A program made the position numbers and the translations under genes. Of a DNA stretch of 49,966 bases, positions 1 to 13,021 are shown one piece after another. The DNA lies in contig NW_014569508.1 in NCBI RefSeq assembly GCF_000743755.1, positions 1-49,966 on the forward strand, read 5' to 3'. The notes below the pieces were generated by a model, which saw nothing but the letters and a program-made list of their open reading frames with translations, searched no databases and was not told the origin of the DNA. Numbering within the stretch: position 1 is the first letter of the stretch; the number at the start of each line of letters is the position of its first letter. This DNA is from Blastocystis sp. subtype 4. Lineage: Eukaryota.

Positions 1-2007
1 AAAATCCAAAATTCGAGCCAATTCTAGACATACGGCATGTGTACTACGACTAGGAGCAATCTCCGTACTTCGAACCAAACACTATTCCTAACTTCATTAC
101 CATTCTCTCACCTTTATAGCACTCATACGACGTCCTGCTAATCCCAGTACTCGTCCCGCCAATAACCACACCTTTGATAGTCTTCAGGACACAACAGAAC
201 ACATTTCTTCAAATAATCAAAACAGAGACGTACCACTTCAGGATACGTCATACAATACTCCCGAAGATATCGTTTCTTCATCCTTGTCCAGAGACGAATG
301 TGTGTGAACGACCGTAACTGAGCCTGAGCAGCGATGTAATAAACCTTCCATTGGAGTTCATTTGGGAGACACTCCAATGCCTGATCCAAATGATATGTCA
401 GATCACGATTCCGAGGTCGAGAAGCAATATCACCCCGTTTCCAATACACAGTATGATTCTGTTCCAGAACACTGAATGTAAAGAACCAGATAGGCCCATG
501 TTTCGTAAGTTTGGTTAGAGTATTCTTTAATAAGGATAATCCTTTCTGATAGTCTTCGGTCTTAAACACGAACCGAATATAGTCCAATGTCACACTTCCT
601 TGTGTGAACATGGTTCGTTGTAACAGATTCTGAAAGAGATCACTAGCTCGATATCCATATCCCAATTTCGCTACAACAATGGCAGCTTCAACAATACTCT
701 TCATGCATCGAGTCCCATTGGTAGCCATGAACTGTCTCGCACACTCCAATACTCCATCACAATTCCTCAATCGTTCTTCAATCTTAACACGCTTCTCTAA
801 CAGAGTTTCATTCCCTGGAATATAGTGTAAGCCTTGCAACAGCACTCTACGACATTCTTTCATATTACCTTGTTCTAACTCAAGTCGACTCCACTCAATC
901 CACACAACATGACAAGTGGGATAGTTCTGACTTAATTGTTCCAGCTGCAAACGAACTTCATCAACATGAGTATACTTCCTACTAAGTATTTCATCCAGCT
1001 CACGCTTCACTAAGATAAAAATGAATCATTCACAGATTACCATAATTCGTCTCACGATACAATATATCACTTGGTGGAGAGTGATGTCGAGAGTAACTAC
1101 GGGTATTTGGAGAATGATGCGATCGAGTTCCAGATTCAGAATACGAACGATTCGGTAAACGAGATCCATTTCGATGAGATTTGGCTTCTTTCTGAGAAGT
1201 GTGACGGTACCAGACTTCTCGTTGAGGTCCATATGGAGCGTTACCAAGTGAATTTGATTGTACTCGAGAATCTGGATGAGAATAATTGTTTTCTTGTAGC
1301 AGAGAATCTATTCATGATTCTTATCTCCCACTTCTTACGATATGGAGATGACCCATGCTGATACAACCCAGCAGTTTCGCTGGGAAAGGTCAATGCATCT
1401 CCCGAGAGAGGATACATTCTAACGGGATTATGCATATCAGAAAGAGAGTAATTCACAGACGGGTTCGTCCAATAATAGGAATCCACAGTCTGGGATTGTG
1501 GAATGTAGGTGCGTTGTCTATTAATTGCAAATCCATCCCAATCATCATAATATTCCATGCCTAAGGGACTTCTATGTCCTGATTCTATAATCAAGCTATG
1601 GAACTCATAAATACCTTGATAAGAATAACCTGGATTTTGCAGTGTGTTATAATAACCTCTGTTCAAATCAGATCCTTCATAGAGTGGCTGATACGAACGA
1701 GTGCTAGAAATGAAAAAAAGTACCAAATCTTGACCCATCCCACTGCCTTTCATTCTGGTAGTAATATCGGGAGTCATTCTAACACCTTAATCTAGCACAT
1801 CTTCTTTACAAGCCATGCATCCTGTTCCTCTGACAGGAATGTGTTGGAACTAAGAGGAGAATAATGTTGCCGATAATTATTAGCTACGAAGATCAGACAC
1901 ACAACCAACCAAAACTTACCAAAACTCTCAGTATGTGAACCGTTCCTCCCATTTCTCTAGGATCATCAATATAGAAGACAAAGAAGTACCGTCTGGTAAA
2001 GGTTCAT
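1..2007 (-). CDS. HAT/TPR-like helical repeat protein with low-complexity N-terminus (3' end runs off window; multi-exon)
   Basis: ORF 138-1010 has HAT-like repeats (VWIEWSRLELEQGNMKECRRVLLQGL; HGPIWF; WKVYYIAAQAQLR). It joins upstream exons via 31-nt GT-AG introns at 1010-1040 and 1308-1338. Putative ATG at 2007. Confidence 0.6.
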
Positions 2008-2192
2008 ATTAACAGTTAGGATCTTTCAAAAGCAACTATTAAGTGACAAGCGTGGTGAATTCCACGTTACAAAAGCCACAACACACAAACAGAACAGAAT
2101 TATGGACATGGAGAATGAAAGTTGCCAAATTCCGTATTTTCCCGTGAACAGCAGTTATTGTTCATTATACTATTCGCACACTGATTATTCTG

Positions 2193-5100
2193 ATGGCATC
2201 GTCTCTAGTTAAAGAAGAGGAAAGCTCGTTCTGGAAACGATTTCAGAGAGTTCTTCTCACATCAGTATCGAGGCACCTTTCTTGTTATGTTTTGTATGGA
2301 AAACGAGATTTAATAACATGTAGCTTGGTGATATCTCTTGTTTTTACATCTTTGCTACTGACGAGTGTAGCAATGGGTCTACATTATTTCCATCGATCCA
2401 CTTCCCTCATAGAAACAGATTACTGTTCGCGAACATATCAGAATAACATTGGTCATCGTTCTTTCACCGATTCTCTCTGTTATCCTCAAATTGATGCTGT
2501 TTATACATGGGTAAATGGTTCAGACCCTAAATGGTTGAAGCAGATGCTGTCGTACCGTAATCAGAGTGAAGAGAAGAATGAAATGGGTACAGCAGCTTCT
2601 GCAAATCGATTTCGTGATAATGATGAGTTGAAATACTCATTACGGTCTATTGAGAGATTTGCCCCTTGGATTCACAAAGTCTTTATCGTAACAAATGGAC
2701 AAATTCCCTCTTGGCTTGATACAAATAATCCCAAGGTTGAAATTGTGACTCATGAGCAGATCTTTCAGAATCCTAAGGATCTTCCTACATTTTCTTCTGC
2801 AGCAATTGAGATGAATTTGCATCACATTCCTGGCCTTTCAGACTACTTTTTGTATTTCAACGATGATGTGTTCCTCGGTCGTCCTGTGTATCCATACGAC
2901 TTTTACACTCTTGAAAAGGGTCAGATTATGTATTATTCATGGGATGTCCCTCCTTGTGCTCCAGCCTGTATCCTTTCCTATAAACCTTCACTGTAGGTTT
3001 AACAGAGAATTTGGGTGATGGATTTTGTGACACTGCTTGTAATGTTGAGAGCTGTGGATTTGATCTTGGAGACTGTAAGGATAGTCCTCCATCACCTTCG
3101 AAAGAGGCTAAGAGTAGCTGATGGTTCCATTTATAACCGCTAGCTTCCATTCGAGCGACATCTCGGAAATCCTCCAAATCCAAAGAACGATGTAACCAAG
3201 GATGCCCATTTTTGTGGATTGGTGACGGAGTCAATCCTTGTTCTATCCCTAACTTCTAGTCCTGTGATAAGACTTGTAATGTCGAAGAATGTGGATTTGA
3301 CGCGTATGACTGTAGCACAGAATCCTCACAAATACTTCATCGAACCTTTGTTCGTTTCTTCTGTGTTGATTCGTTCTCAGATGAACTTCCTGTTGTTTCA
3401 TTCATTCATTCCACGTTTTACTCAGATCGTGAATACATTCGTGAGAACATTACTTGTTTGGGTCGTGTGGTAGTGAATGATAACTCGTCGTATGTGAGTA
3501 TTGATCTTGGTGATATCTATCGACTTGGATACACGATCAAATCAATTGAATTGTTAGATGATGGTATTTTTGGAATTCCATAATAACGACTAGATATGGT
3601 ATATTCATCCTTGTTTCATTCATTTTTCAAAGAACTCATTCTTGTATGGACTGTAGAAGGTAGAAAGAGAGGAGTAATGTTTTCGGTTCATTGTGTGATC
3701 ACTGCAGACATAGTAAGATTAATGTGGTAGATTTAAAATAGATTCAAGGAGGACAGAAACGGTTTTATCTTGAAATCATGCGTGTTCCATTCGATAGAAT
3801 CCGGCATCATTCTCTCCTTAATCGATTTCAGTATGATAGTCATGAGCATACTTACATTGATAATGATATGTTTAGTGATAAGGAAGATACTGTAATCTGT
3901 GATGCATTGTCTACTGTTCTTGAGAATGATCTGGTGATTGTATATCTGGAAGAGGAAGATTCACGTTTCTTCCTTGTGAATGAGCGACTAGAGAAAAGCT
4001 GGGAACTGACTGATTTGATGGGATTCGTGGAGAGATCGATGGATCTAATGTATTCTCAGCAATGGAATCGTTATCTTCCGGTGATTCACCCCCGTGTACC
4101 AAAATCATTTAGAGGGAACTTTTCCCTCCTCTTCCCAATTGGTGATAATTCGAGTCAAGTGTTATCTGTTGGGTCCTATGAGGAAGTTCAGAAGGCAATT
4201 GAAGGATTCTCAATGCCTCGAAAGTATCGACGTGTATGTTTCCAGCTATTCCAACAGGAAGCAGAAGCTCGGGGTTTTATTCTTACCAATCTCACGTTAA
4301 CCAAAGTGGTTCCGTTTTATATTCCAAAACCATTATTCTCTTCTTCCTCTTCAATTCCATCCCGTATCTTTGATTATGAAGAGGGATTGAACTTGTATTC
4401 ATCCTTTGAGGATCTGGTAGGAACTGCAGTGAATTCGAAGAATCTGAAATACTATTCCGAACCGATTCTTCGAACTGTCACTTGCTCAGTGGATACTTCT
4501 CTATTTCGAGACAATTTCTGGTATCGCCAAATAATGGAGAATTTCACATCAGTTAATGGAATTCCACTTCGAGAGGCAGAAATCTCGAATTCAACTGTGT
4601 ATCGAATAGAGAAGGAAATGATCAAGGAGTTACGTTACACAATCGCATTGGACGATTTGAGGGATCTCATCGCTATCTCACTTGTATTACCAAGCAAAGA
4701 AGCAGCAGACATCATGAAGAAACAGTGTCGTACTTCATCTAACAGACGTCTATCCGATGATGATTCCTTCATTCAGTTCATCCAGCATAATCTTGATAAT
4801 ATTGTGAATTCCAATAATACTCCTGATTTATAGGATTTCACCTCTCCTGTTGTAATTAAAGCACTGAAACAAAGTTTCGGTCTTACTAATTCCTCTTCAC
4901 TCCAGTCATTCGTCTCTCAACTCATCTCCCAGGGTCGTCGTCTGGGTGATAGTTACCATGATTCACTCATTTACACTGATTTATTGCTTACTCAGATACT
5001 TGGAAAGGAAGAACGAAAGGTCCCTGCTCATATGCCACACTTTTTAAATCGACAGAATCTTGATCGTATTGAATCCAAAATTCGTCCCTATTTTGAATCC

Positions 5101-5906
5101 ACAAGTAGTCACCGTTTCCGTCAAAGCAAGGATTTGCAATACTCTTTCATGTACTTCCATTTTATCAAGGCATTTGAAATGGAAAAGAAACAGGCATATT
5201 ATGATTCCCTGTGGGATCGTTATTTGGATACAGATCACGATGGTATTCTTAATGCTAACGAACTTCGGACACTGGCTTCGATTGTCTATAAAGATAATGT
5301 GAATGATGAGTATGAATCCAGAAATTGTCATGATTTTAGGAATATTGAGAAACTTCGGAATTGTCTCACTCCTGAAATTGAAACCGTTGAAACGTATTCA
5401 GATCTGTTTAATGAATATGAGCGTGTGACCAAACGTCGGAAGTTCATTACATATCCTCTTTCTAATCGAAGTGACAATCCTTCACTTGTACGTTTGCTCA
5501 GTATCAACAGTGTAGTTCTGCTACAAAGAATGTGGAGAATCGATTCCACTTCGTACCTCGATTCTCTCAAATGCGGGATACTCCTGTGGTATTTGAGATG
5601 ATTGGGGATGATTTGAATCAGACGATACTTCAAGTAGAAACTGATATGAGAACTGAGAGATAGTTGAATAGTATTCGGAAACGGAGATCGAAGTTCATTT
5701 GTGTAAATGATAATGTGGTAAATATGACAGAGGAGATCAAGGATGCTTTGCATGAGTTCTATGAGAGTTTCTTCCCTGTTCCGTCACAATTTGAGAAAGG
5801 GAAAATGACAGATGGGACGAAGGAAGCAGTACAGTTGAATCGATTAGGAATTGTGATTGTGATATTGGGTGTAGTTGGATTAATCGTGTTGTGGGTGTTC
5901 TTTTAG
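2193..5906 (+). CDS. GNPTAB: N-acetylglucosamine-1-phosphotransferase alpha/beta precursor-like (Stealth family)
   Basis: N-terminal TM; Stealth CR1 IDAVYTWVNGSD; CR2 RFRDNDELKYSLRS...YFLYFNDD; two LNR repeats (LGDGFCDTACNVESCGFDLGDC; WIGDGSCDKTCNVEECGFDAYDC); CR3 RKVPAHMPHF; EF-hand DTDHDGILNANE; CR4 KFICVNDN; C-terminal TM. Confidence 0.88.
2968..2996 (+). other. Candidate U12-type GT-AG intron (29 nt) in GNPTAB-like gene
   Basis: GTATCCTTT 5' site, ACCTTCAC branch-like motif, then TGTAG. Removal restores CAPAC-LTENLGDG (LNR repeat). The length is typical of the major class, so the type is uncertain. Confidence 0.6.
5451..5491 (+). other. U12-type AT-AC intron (41 nt) in GNPTAB-like gene
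   Basis: ATATCCTC...ATCCTTCAC-TTGTAC. Removal shifts to the frame that reads FEMIGDDLNQTILQ-LNSIRKRRSKFICVND (Stealth CR4). Confidence 0.85.
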
Positions 5907-5936
5907 CTGATATTTTTGTTATGAATCCTAATTCTT

Positions 5937-5944
5937 AACAAACA
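5937..5944 (-). promoter_or_regulatory. TGTTTGTT polyadenylation element of zinc-finger gene
   Basis: Minus strand reads TG|AGTA|TGTTTGTT, so the predicted cleavage site falls inside the stop codon. Confidence 0.75.
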
Positions 5945-5947
5945 TAC

Positions 5948-6748
5948 TCATGAATGTAAAAGCAAATGTTTCTGCATTTCATATTTATCATAACAGGAAT
6001 AACTACAATGATCAACAGTACATCTGAAGATCATCTCTGGGTGATGACTTCGAATATGTTTCTTCAAATCACTTGAAGTGATTGAAGCATAATTACATCC
6101 ATTTACTAGGCATTTAAAAGGACGTTCGCCTGTATGTGTCCGCATATGTACTTTGAGATTACTGTGGTTGGTTGCCGAATAGGTACAGTTCGGAAACGAA
6201 CATTTCAAAGGACGTTCCCCCGTATGTTTTCGAAGGTGGATATTGAGGATGCTCTTCGTTACAGCAGCGTACGAACAATCACTGTAAGGACATTTAAACG
6301 GTCTTTCACCAGTATGGGTACGAAGATGAATCGTCATATCACTCTTCCGAATTGTTGCATAATTGCATCCAGGAATGGTACAGTGATGAATTTTGGGTGT
6401 TACACTTTTCCGTTTGTGGTGGATACAACAGTTATTGTTCCCATTGCATCCGCAATCACACACAGAAAGCGATTTAGCCTTTGAAATAGGATCTAGAGGT
6501 GGTGGAAATGCTGTACTAATAGAAAAGAAGGACGAAGGCACAATTACCAGAGTTGGTGATCTGCAGTCATAGATATGTTGAAATTCGGATATCAGAGACA
6601 GACTCATAAGAGAAGAATCAACAACACTCATTGGGGATGTACTTTGACTATCGTTGCAGAATCGATTAGGCTTCATTAGATTTGTTTCTTTCTCATTTAT
6701 ATTCATACTCCGATCCATTGCTAGCACTGATCTCGCTTTTGAGCACAA
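5948..6748 (-). CDS. C2H2 zinc-finger transcription factor (about 5 fingers)
   Basis: Repeated C-x4-C-x12-H-x3-H with HTGERPF linkers; start uncertain. Confidence 0.9.
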   Translation of the reverse strand: MCSKARSVLAMDRSMNINEKETNLMKPNRFCNDSQSTSPMSVVDSSLMSLSLISEFQHIYDCRSPTLVIVPSSFFSISTAFPPPLDPISKAKSLSVCDCGCNGNNNCCIHHKRKSVTPKIHHCTIPGCNYATIRKSDMTIHLRTHTGERPFKCPYSDCSYAAVTKSILNIHLRKHTGERPLKCSFPNCTYSATNHSNLKVHMRTHTGERPFKCLVNGCNYASITSSDLKKHIRSHHPEMIFRCTVDHCSYSCYDKYEMQKHLLLHS

Positions 6749-6972
6749 GCCAATCTGAAACTTCGTAGAATACGTATCTATAGCTATTTACCAAGTCATT
6801 TACCTTCCTACAGGAATCCTATTATTAATGATCCTTGTTTGGGATATGAGTAATTCAACCAATTTCAGTCTTAAATGTGACTGGAATGAGCTGAAGACTT
6901 GATAAAAATGAGATATAGAAAAATAGGAAGAAGATACCACGGTTATTGGAACAAACAATCCAGAGAAGATTT

Positions 6973-7972
6973 CTAATTCATAGCTTCAACCCTATCAGCA
7001 TTAGCCTCTTTTAATACTCGAATCATTTCATCATGAATCTTTCCATTCGTTGCCAGTGTATCCAAAACACGAATATGGTAATCTTCTCCCCGTGTGCTTC
7101 CAGCACGACCACCAGCTTCTTGGACAAGCAGACATCCTGCAGACACATCCCACTATCAATGAACCCTAATCCCCAAACAAACAGGATGAAGAGCCAGTTC
7201 CCAATATCCAGTAAGTCTTCCTGCAGCTACCCAAGCCAAGTGTAGTGCTGCACTTCCTACTGAGCGTGTACTCAATGCATATTCACCCACTGCTGCAACA
7301 CCCCGCATCATCACACGACGAATGGGAGCCATGTAATTTGTGGCATAGCCAACCACACTCTCATGAAGAGTAGCATCATTACGAACATGGATTGGAGTGC
7401 CATTCAACTTGCTACCATGACCTTTAATAACAGTGTACATTTCATCAAGATAAGGATGATAGATTACACCAATTACAGGAACCTCATTATGTGTAATACA
7501 GATAGAAACAACACTGAGAGGAAGATTGTACACCTATTTATGAAGAGAACGAGACACAGATACGTAATTGGTTGTGCCATCAAGAGGATCCACTACCCAA
7601 ACCCATTCTTTGTCAGCTACAGCATCAATAGCCTACATATAATGTATCAAAAGTAATACAAACTTCATAATCATGTCCCCATTCCACATCCTCTTCTCCA
7701 AGAAGAGCATGACCTGGATATTTCTCTTCCATAAACTCTTTGATCATATTTTGGTTCGATGTATCGACTAAGGTAACGAGATCTTGGAATGAGGCCTTTG
7801 TCTTTTCCACATTAATATCTTTAGATTAACAAATTGGAAGGAAGCCAACGGCCATAATGATCCATAATATTCTGACCACATTTACGAGCTATGGTCTGAA
7901 CATCGTTGCAGAGTGTTTCCAAGTCTACAGATTAGAAATAAAATAGAACGATAAAAACGAACATGTATCCAT
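6973..7972 (-). CDS. Inositol monophosphatase family protein (multi-exon)
   Basis: DLVTLVD, HALLGEE, WVVDPLDGTTNY, RSVGSAALHLAWVAAGR and HPWDVSAG motifs across about 30-nt introns; TGTTTGTT at 6950-6957. Confidence 0.9.
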
Positions 7973-8083
7973 TCGACTATCTAAAGCACAGTTTCCAGCA
8001 AATGATTGACCAAAGAAAGCGGCGCTTCGGTCGCAGAAGGGAATCTTCTTGCTTCCTCATCTGTACATCATTTATTGATTGCT

Positions 8084-10165
8084 ATGAATTCTAAAGCGAG
8101 GAGTACATCGGAAAATGCGATGAAGAAGCCCAATAAAGTGTTGCTTATCATCTCGTTGGCCGTTCTATGGAGTGTTTACATTAAGACTCATTGGATTTGT
8201 TATATCAGTGCTCTGGGTTCTTCTTTCACCTTATATTTCCTTTTCAAAGCGTATAGTTGAGATTTGAATCTAAGTGTAGACTTTAATTCCCCATCGATCA
8301 TTTCTATTCGAGATAAGAACATTGTGTCTGATATTGCTGTAACTGTTACAGATGAAGAAGTAGATATCTTGAAAGGAGTTCATTGTTAGCTCAAATTTGC
8401 AAAGGACACTCAGGACCGTTTTTGTGCTGTTGATTCCGACGATCTTGATGAGAGGTTGCGTCTTCTAAGTGAAGTGTTCAAGGAGAATGGACTCACCTTT
8501 AACACCCACTATGGGGATGTCTCACTCTTCAATCACGATAATGTCACAACAATTGGTCGTTTCCCTACACTGGTGTACGGAGTCTGGCATCCAGTGGTCT
8601 CCACTGGTTCTCCTGTTGTTGATTACTCTCAGAATGATATGTAGACTTCGATTATTCTCTCAACAGAGTGGAATCTGAATGCCACAGCAAATCCCAAGTC
8701 ATTGCTTGATCACGGGGATTGTAACTATGCAATTCCGTCTTCTCTCACTCTTCTATTGTCTACCATCAAAAGCATTCAAACATCAGGACGCATGAATCAT
8801 GATGTGGTTCTTATTCTGTATGTAAAGAAGTATTATGAGACAATGAATCACATCCTCACTAAGCAGGATATTAATGCCATTTTGCCTACTATTCAACGTC
8901 CCTTGTTCTCCATTCATCTCGATAACCCTGAAACGATTATTCCCTTAACTGAAACATTTAGTGGTTATTCTCTTGAAGCAGCAGGGATGAATGGCAAGAA
9001 TGCGAATCTAGATTTGGTAGCCATTGTTCTCAAACATCTTCCAGTTCTCGATTACCAATCGTATGTATGAATCTCAGTGTGTGACTTTAGATCCAATTTC
9101 TATTATCTCTCTTTCTTAAAATCATTCTTCAAGGCTTCATTCTCACGTTATCGCGGAATCCAGCAAGTTTTTATTTCCAAGTATATTCCCGCGGTGACAC
9201 TTCAAATGCATTCTCGACCTGCAACTCTTCAGGAACGAACCTACTCAGCTCGAGTAGATCAATTACGAAGTCTTCTAACCTCCTTCAAGTCTGTTGTCGA
9301 AAGCGCAGGTTCTGCTGAGAAGCGATTGGCAGGAAATGCAATCACCTACATTCCGCTGTTTTCTTCGAATCCCCGTTTTATCGTAAGAAATGACATTCTC
9401 TTTCCTGTCTTAATGTTGTTGGCTGCCTTTGCTGCCCTAATGATGAGTGTGGTAAGAATGAATGGGAGGAGTTATGGGAAGGATTTGATTCATACTCCAC
9501 ATCGAACAGGTCTCATCTACTGTGGCTTGGTTGTTATTGTAAGTGGTAGTTATCTTGCTTTGATGCGTTGTTTGAGTCCTGTGATGGCTGAGAATCGATT
9601 AGGGAATGGTTTCTCTCTCTTCATAGTCTTCTTCTTATTATATTCATTTTGGGCCTATTGTCGTCTGGTATTTAACAATGCACTGATTCAAATGAATCTG
9701 ACTACTGAATGGGAATACAAGAAGGAAGTACTAAGTATGTGTGGAATGATCACATGTCTCTTCTCATATGTCTATATTATGCGTAATCCCTTCATTGTTA
9801 TGATAGTATTAACAGGAATCTATGGATTGTTATTAGTCCTGATTATTGGAAATACACAAAAGTAAGAATGAAACTCCTTGTTAAGGATTAGTATTCGATA
9901 TGTATTATTACTAATATATTCAGCATTATTAGCAATTCCATTTATATTAATTATTAATGATGATTGTAATAATGATAAGAAGAATTGATATGTAGTTGTT
10001 CAGTGGATGGGTGATTTGGTGGCGTTAATGATTGACGATTCTTGGTTATTCTGTTATTTAATGATTGTAGTAGTTGCTGATCTTGCTATCCTTCATTACG
10101 TAAATGGAGTGAGTTTCCTTGCTGAGGAAGAATCTCAAGAAGAAGTGAAAGAGAAGATGGATTAG
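8084..10165 (+). CDS. GPAA1: GPI transamidase component GAA1/GPAA1-like (divergent)
   Basis: N-terminal TM, lumenal domain with GMNGKNANLDLV (cf. Gaa1 GxNGxLPNLDL) and YIPAVTL, then several C-terminal TM helices. Confidence 0.6.
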
Positions 10166-10214
10166 TGTCATTTATGGTTACATTGTTTGAATAAACACAT
10201 AGAAACAGTCTCAT

Positions 10215-13021
10215 TTACATGAGAGCAGAAGATCGTTGGACACATTTACCATTTCGTAATTGTTCTTTGATTATTTCTCGAGCTTGAAACACCTATTGTT
10301 AAAGACATTTCATAGTAACTAATCAAGGATATGAAGAGTTTTCCCTGTGCATCACAATAAGGAGCAATCTCATCAAACAGTTCATCAACATTAAAGTCAA
10401 TTAACAGTTGACAGTTATCCTCTAATCATGATTCTTATCACATATATATACCATTTCGAAGCAAATGACAAATTGCCCCTGCTCCATAACCTAAAATCAC
10501 GGGTAACTGGGTCAGAGAGATATCTGTGTCACTCGTTCCAATCTTCACCAATGTAGCAGAAAGGTCACTATTTCGGTTATCCTCAGAAAGGGACGAATTT
10601 CGTTCCGATAACTGCCATGATAATGATCCTTCTGGTAATCCACCTCGATGTTCTTGTATCGAGGAGGCCTCCGGTGACGATAGTTCCGAAGGAACCACAG
10701 CATGTTCACGAGCAATTTTCGCAAAAAGTAACAACAGATCGGTAACAGATGTCAACTAAGGATCAACTCACTTCTCTAAAACGACCAGTGGTGCTTGAAT
10801 ATATACTGATTGCTCACTATACATTGAACAGTTCATCAACTGTCCTAGAAGGAATCCTGCTAAGTCGTATCGCTGTTGAAGGAGTAATCGATGAAGACGT
10901 GATAATCCCCGTTGGTGGAGAAATTCAGCCACCATTTCAGGAGCTACAAATCACACAATTTGTCCAATTTCTACAATTCAACAAATTGGATATTGTTTTG
11001 GCAGCAGCAATTCCACACCGTCCTGTCCAAGATTCTTCAACTTGCATGACAGCATTCAGTCCATTGGCTAGGCAAAAAAGGTGCTGATTATTGGCAGCTT
11101 TGTAGAGAATGACAGAAGTAGCGTTAAGAGCTGATAACACAACTTGAGCATTTGTAGATGAATAGCAATTGATAAGTTTGATAAGTCCTCCTGATTCACC
11201 CACTTGAGACTAGAAATGAATCTCCATTCTGAATCTCACCTTGCATTCATTACAATGTCTACAACACGCTCGAATACATTCAATGCAATATACAGACAAT
11301 CGTTCTTGTGTCAATTGGATTAATTGTACCAAAGTGGCAATTCCATGAAACTGTCCTACTTCTTGACAACAAGAAGGATCCAATTTGCAAATGTTCATTA
11401 GAATTCCAACCAGATAACAAACAACTTTCTTTGAATTCCCATCAAGATTGCTGTTTCTATCAGGAGTCAATCCAGTAACACTAGAAAAACTACTGCGATC
11501 TGTTAAGAAGGAAGAACTTGTGAGTTGAGGTGAAGATTCAATCATCGATGCAACAGGATTTGTGAGGAAATCATTACGAAGAAGGCTTAAAATGGTTGTG
11601 ATGCCTTCATTCTCGCGAAACACGTTCGAAATGGTACGGGATGTTTGAGTTGTGTTCATCAAACATCCTGCTGTCATTAGTAATAATTGTTGGATCTCAA
11701 GGGATATTGATTGCTAATTGTGAATAGGATGAAATAAGATCACTTTCAAAAGAATATCACTATTTCCAAATTGGAGACATTTTATGAAAGACACCATAAA
11801 CTCCTTATTTTGGATTTCATGTTGAACGGCTATTCCTTGTCGCATACTTTCAGCACGAAGATGCTTTAAAGCCTGAATTCGAAGGGATATCTATTTCATA
11901 ACAATAACTTATACGTACAATTGGATAACGAATGAATATAAACGAACAATGCAAACTTCCAGAAAAAGCCACGATTCTGACATATTCCAATCGCCAATGA
12001 CATCCATCTGTTAAACTCATGGAGGATGTTTCCAAATCTCTCTTTGATCCAGAGAGAGAAACACTTAATTGGAGAGTGGGAGTTTCATATTCGGTAGTAA
12101 AACATAATTTGTGTTTAGCCATTCTTTCATTCTCATTGAGTAGGTCTGTAAGTGAAGTAACTTGATTTTGGGCATGTAATGTCCGATATCGCCAAAATGT
12201 GAGATCAAAGTCTTTTGAGAATAGAATACGGTGGAGATGCTTGTTTACTTGACTTAGGCATAATACAGAACAAATCGGAAGAAAAGAGGCTATTGTTGTA
12301 ATTGCGCGAAATGGTAACAAATCTACAGAGATGGATGAGTGGCAAAGACTGTGAGAAAAACAACTATCGCAAATCCGTAGTTGTTTCGACGAGTATCCGA
12401 ACTCATGTAGATTCTATCTGTGAACATCAAAGAATCACTAATACAACACGGTTTTTGCTACAATTGTTACAGAAGATCCTTCCACAGAGACGGCAATGAT
12501 GTCTCCTTCGAAACAACGTAAATGAACATCCACATCCCTCACATTGATGCACCATTTCGTTTGGAACCCATAGTGGAGTCATCTGATATTCACCAACCTG
12601 TTCAAACCGTCGATGTGCTGGACAATCTCGTTCCATGAAGTGGATAGAATGGTTCTATGAATCAATCCAAACTTACACAGCTACATAGAGATCTCTACAG
12701 CATTGAGACTCTGCAAACTCTGCATAGTATGGAATTACACTAGCAGAAAGAATGGGTGTATATAAAGATGGTTCCCTAAACGAAGATGGACAATTCGAAT
12801 AGCACTGAATACACCGACGGCATACCCGTACTCGATGTTGTTTGCCCATATATGGAATAGGAGATTTATAACAACAGCAACGCACACATACAGGCTACAA
12901 AATGATATAATGGACAATACCAAACTTGAAAACAACTTGCACATGAGACCAGCTTCTTCGTATCCTCTTCCTTTGATCCGCAGAGGACGCAGCAAGGTCT
13001 CTGAGATAACTGTTCTGACAT
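10215..13021 (-). CDS. Degenerate FYVE + FYVE + F-box + armadillo-repeat protein
   Basis: Spliced exons give CVLC..CASCFQPVCVRCC..RVRVCRRC, then WVPNE..CEGC..FRRRHHCRLCGRIFCNNCS..RICDSC, directly followed by the F-box LLPFRAITTIASFLP..LSQVNKHLH and ARM repeats (GITTILSLL, GIATLVQLI, GGLIKLINC). Confidence 0.75.
10293..10332 (-). other. Candidate U12-type AT-AG intron (40 nt)
   Basis: ATATCCTTG...TCTTTAAC-AATAG. The spliced frame reads GKLF-VFQAREIIKEQL...ALM*, ending near TGTTTATT. The unspliced frame also terminates plausibly, so this is less certain. Confidence 0.7.
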
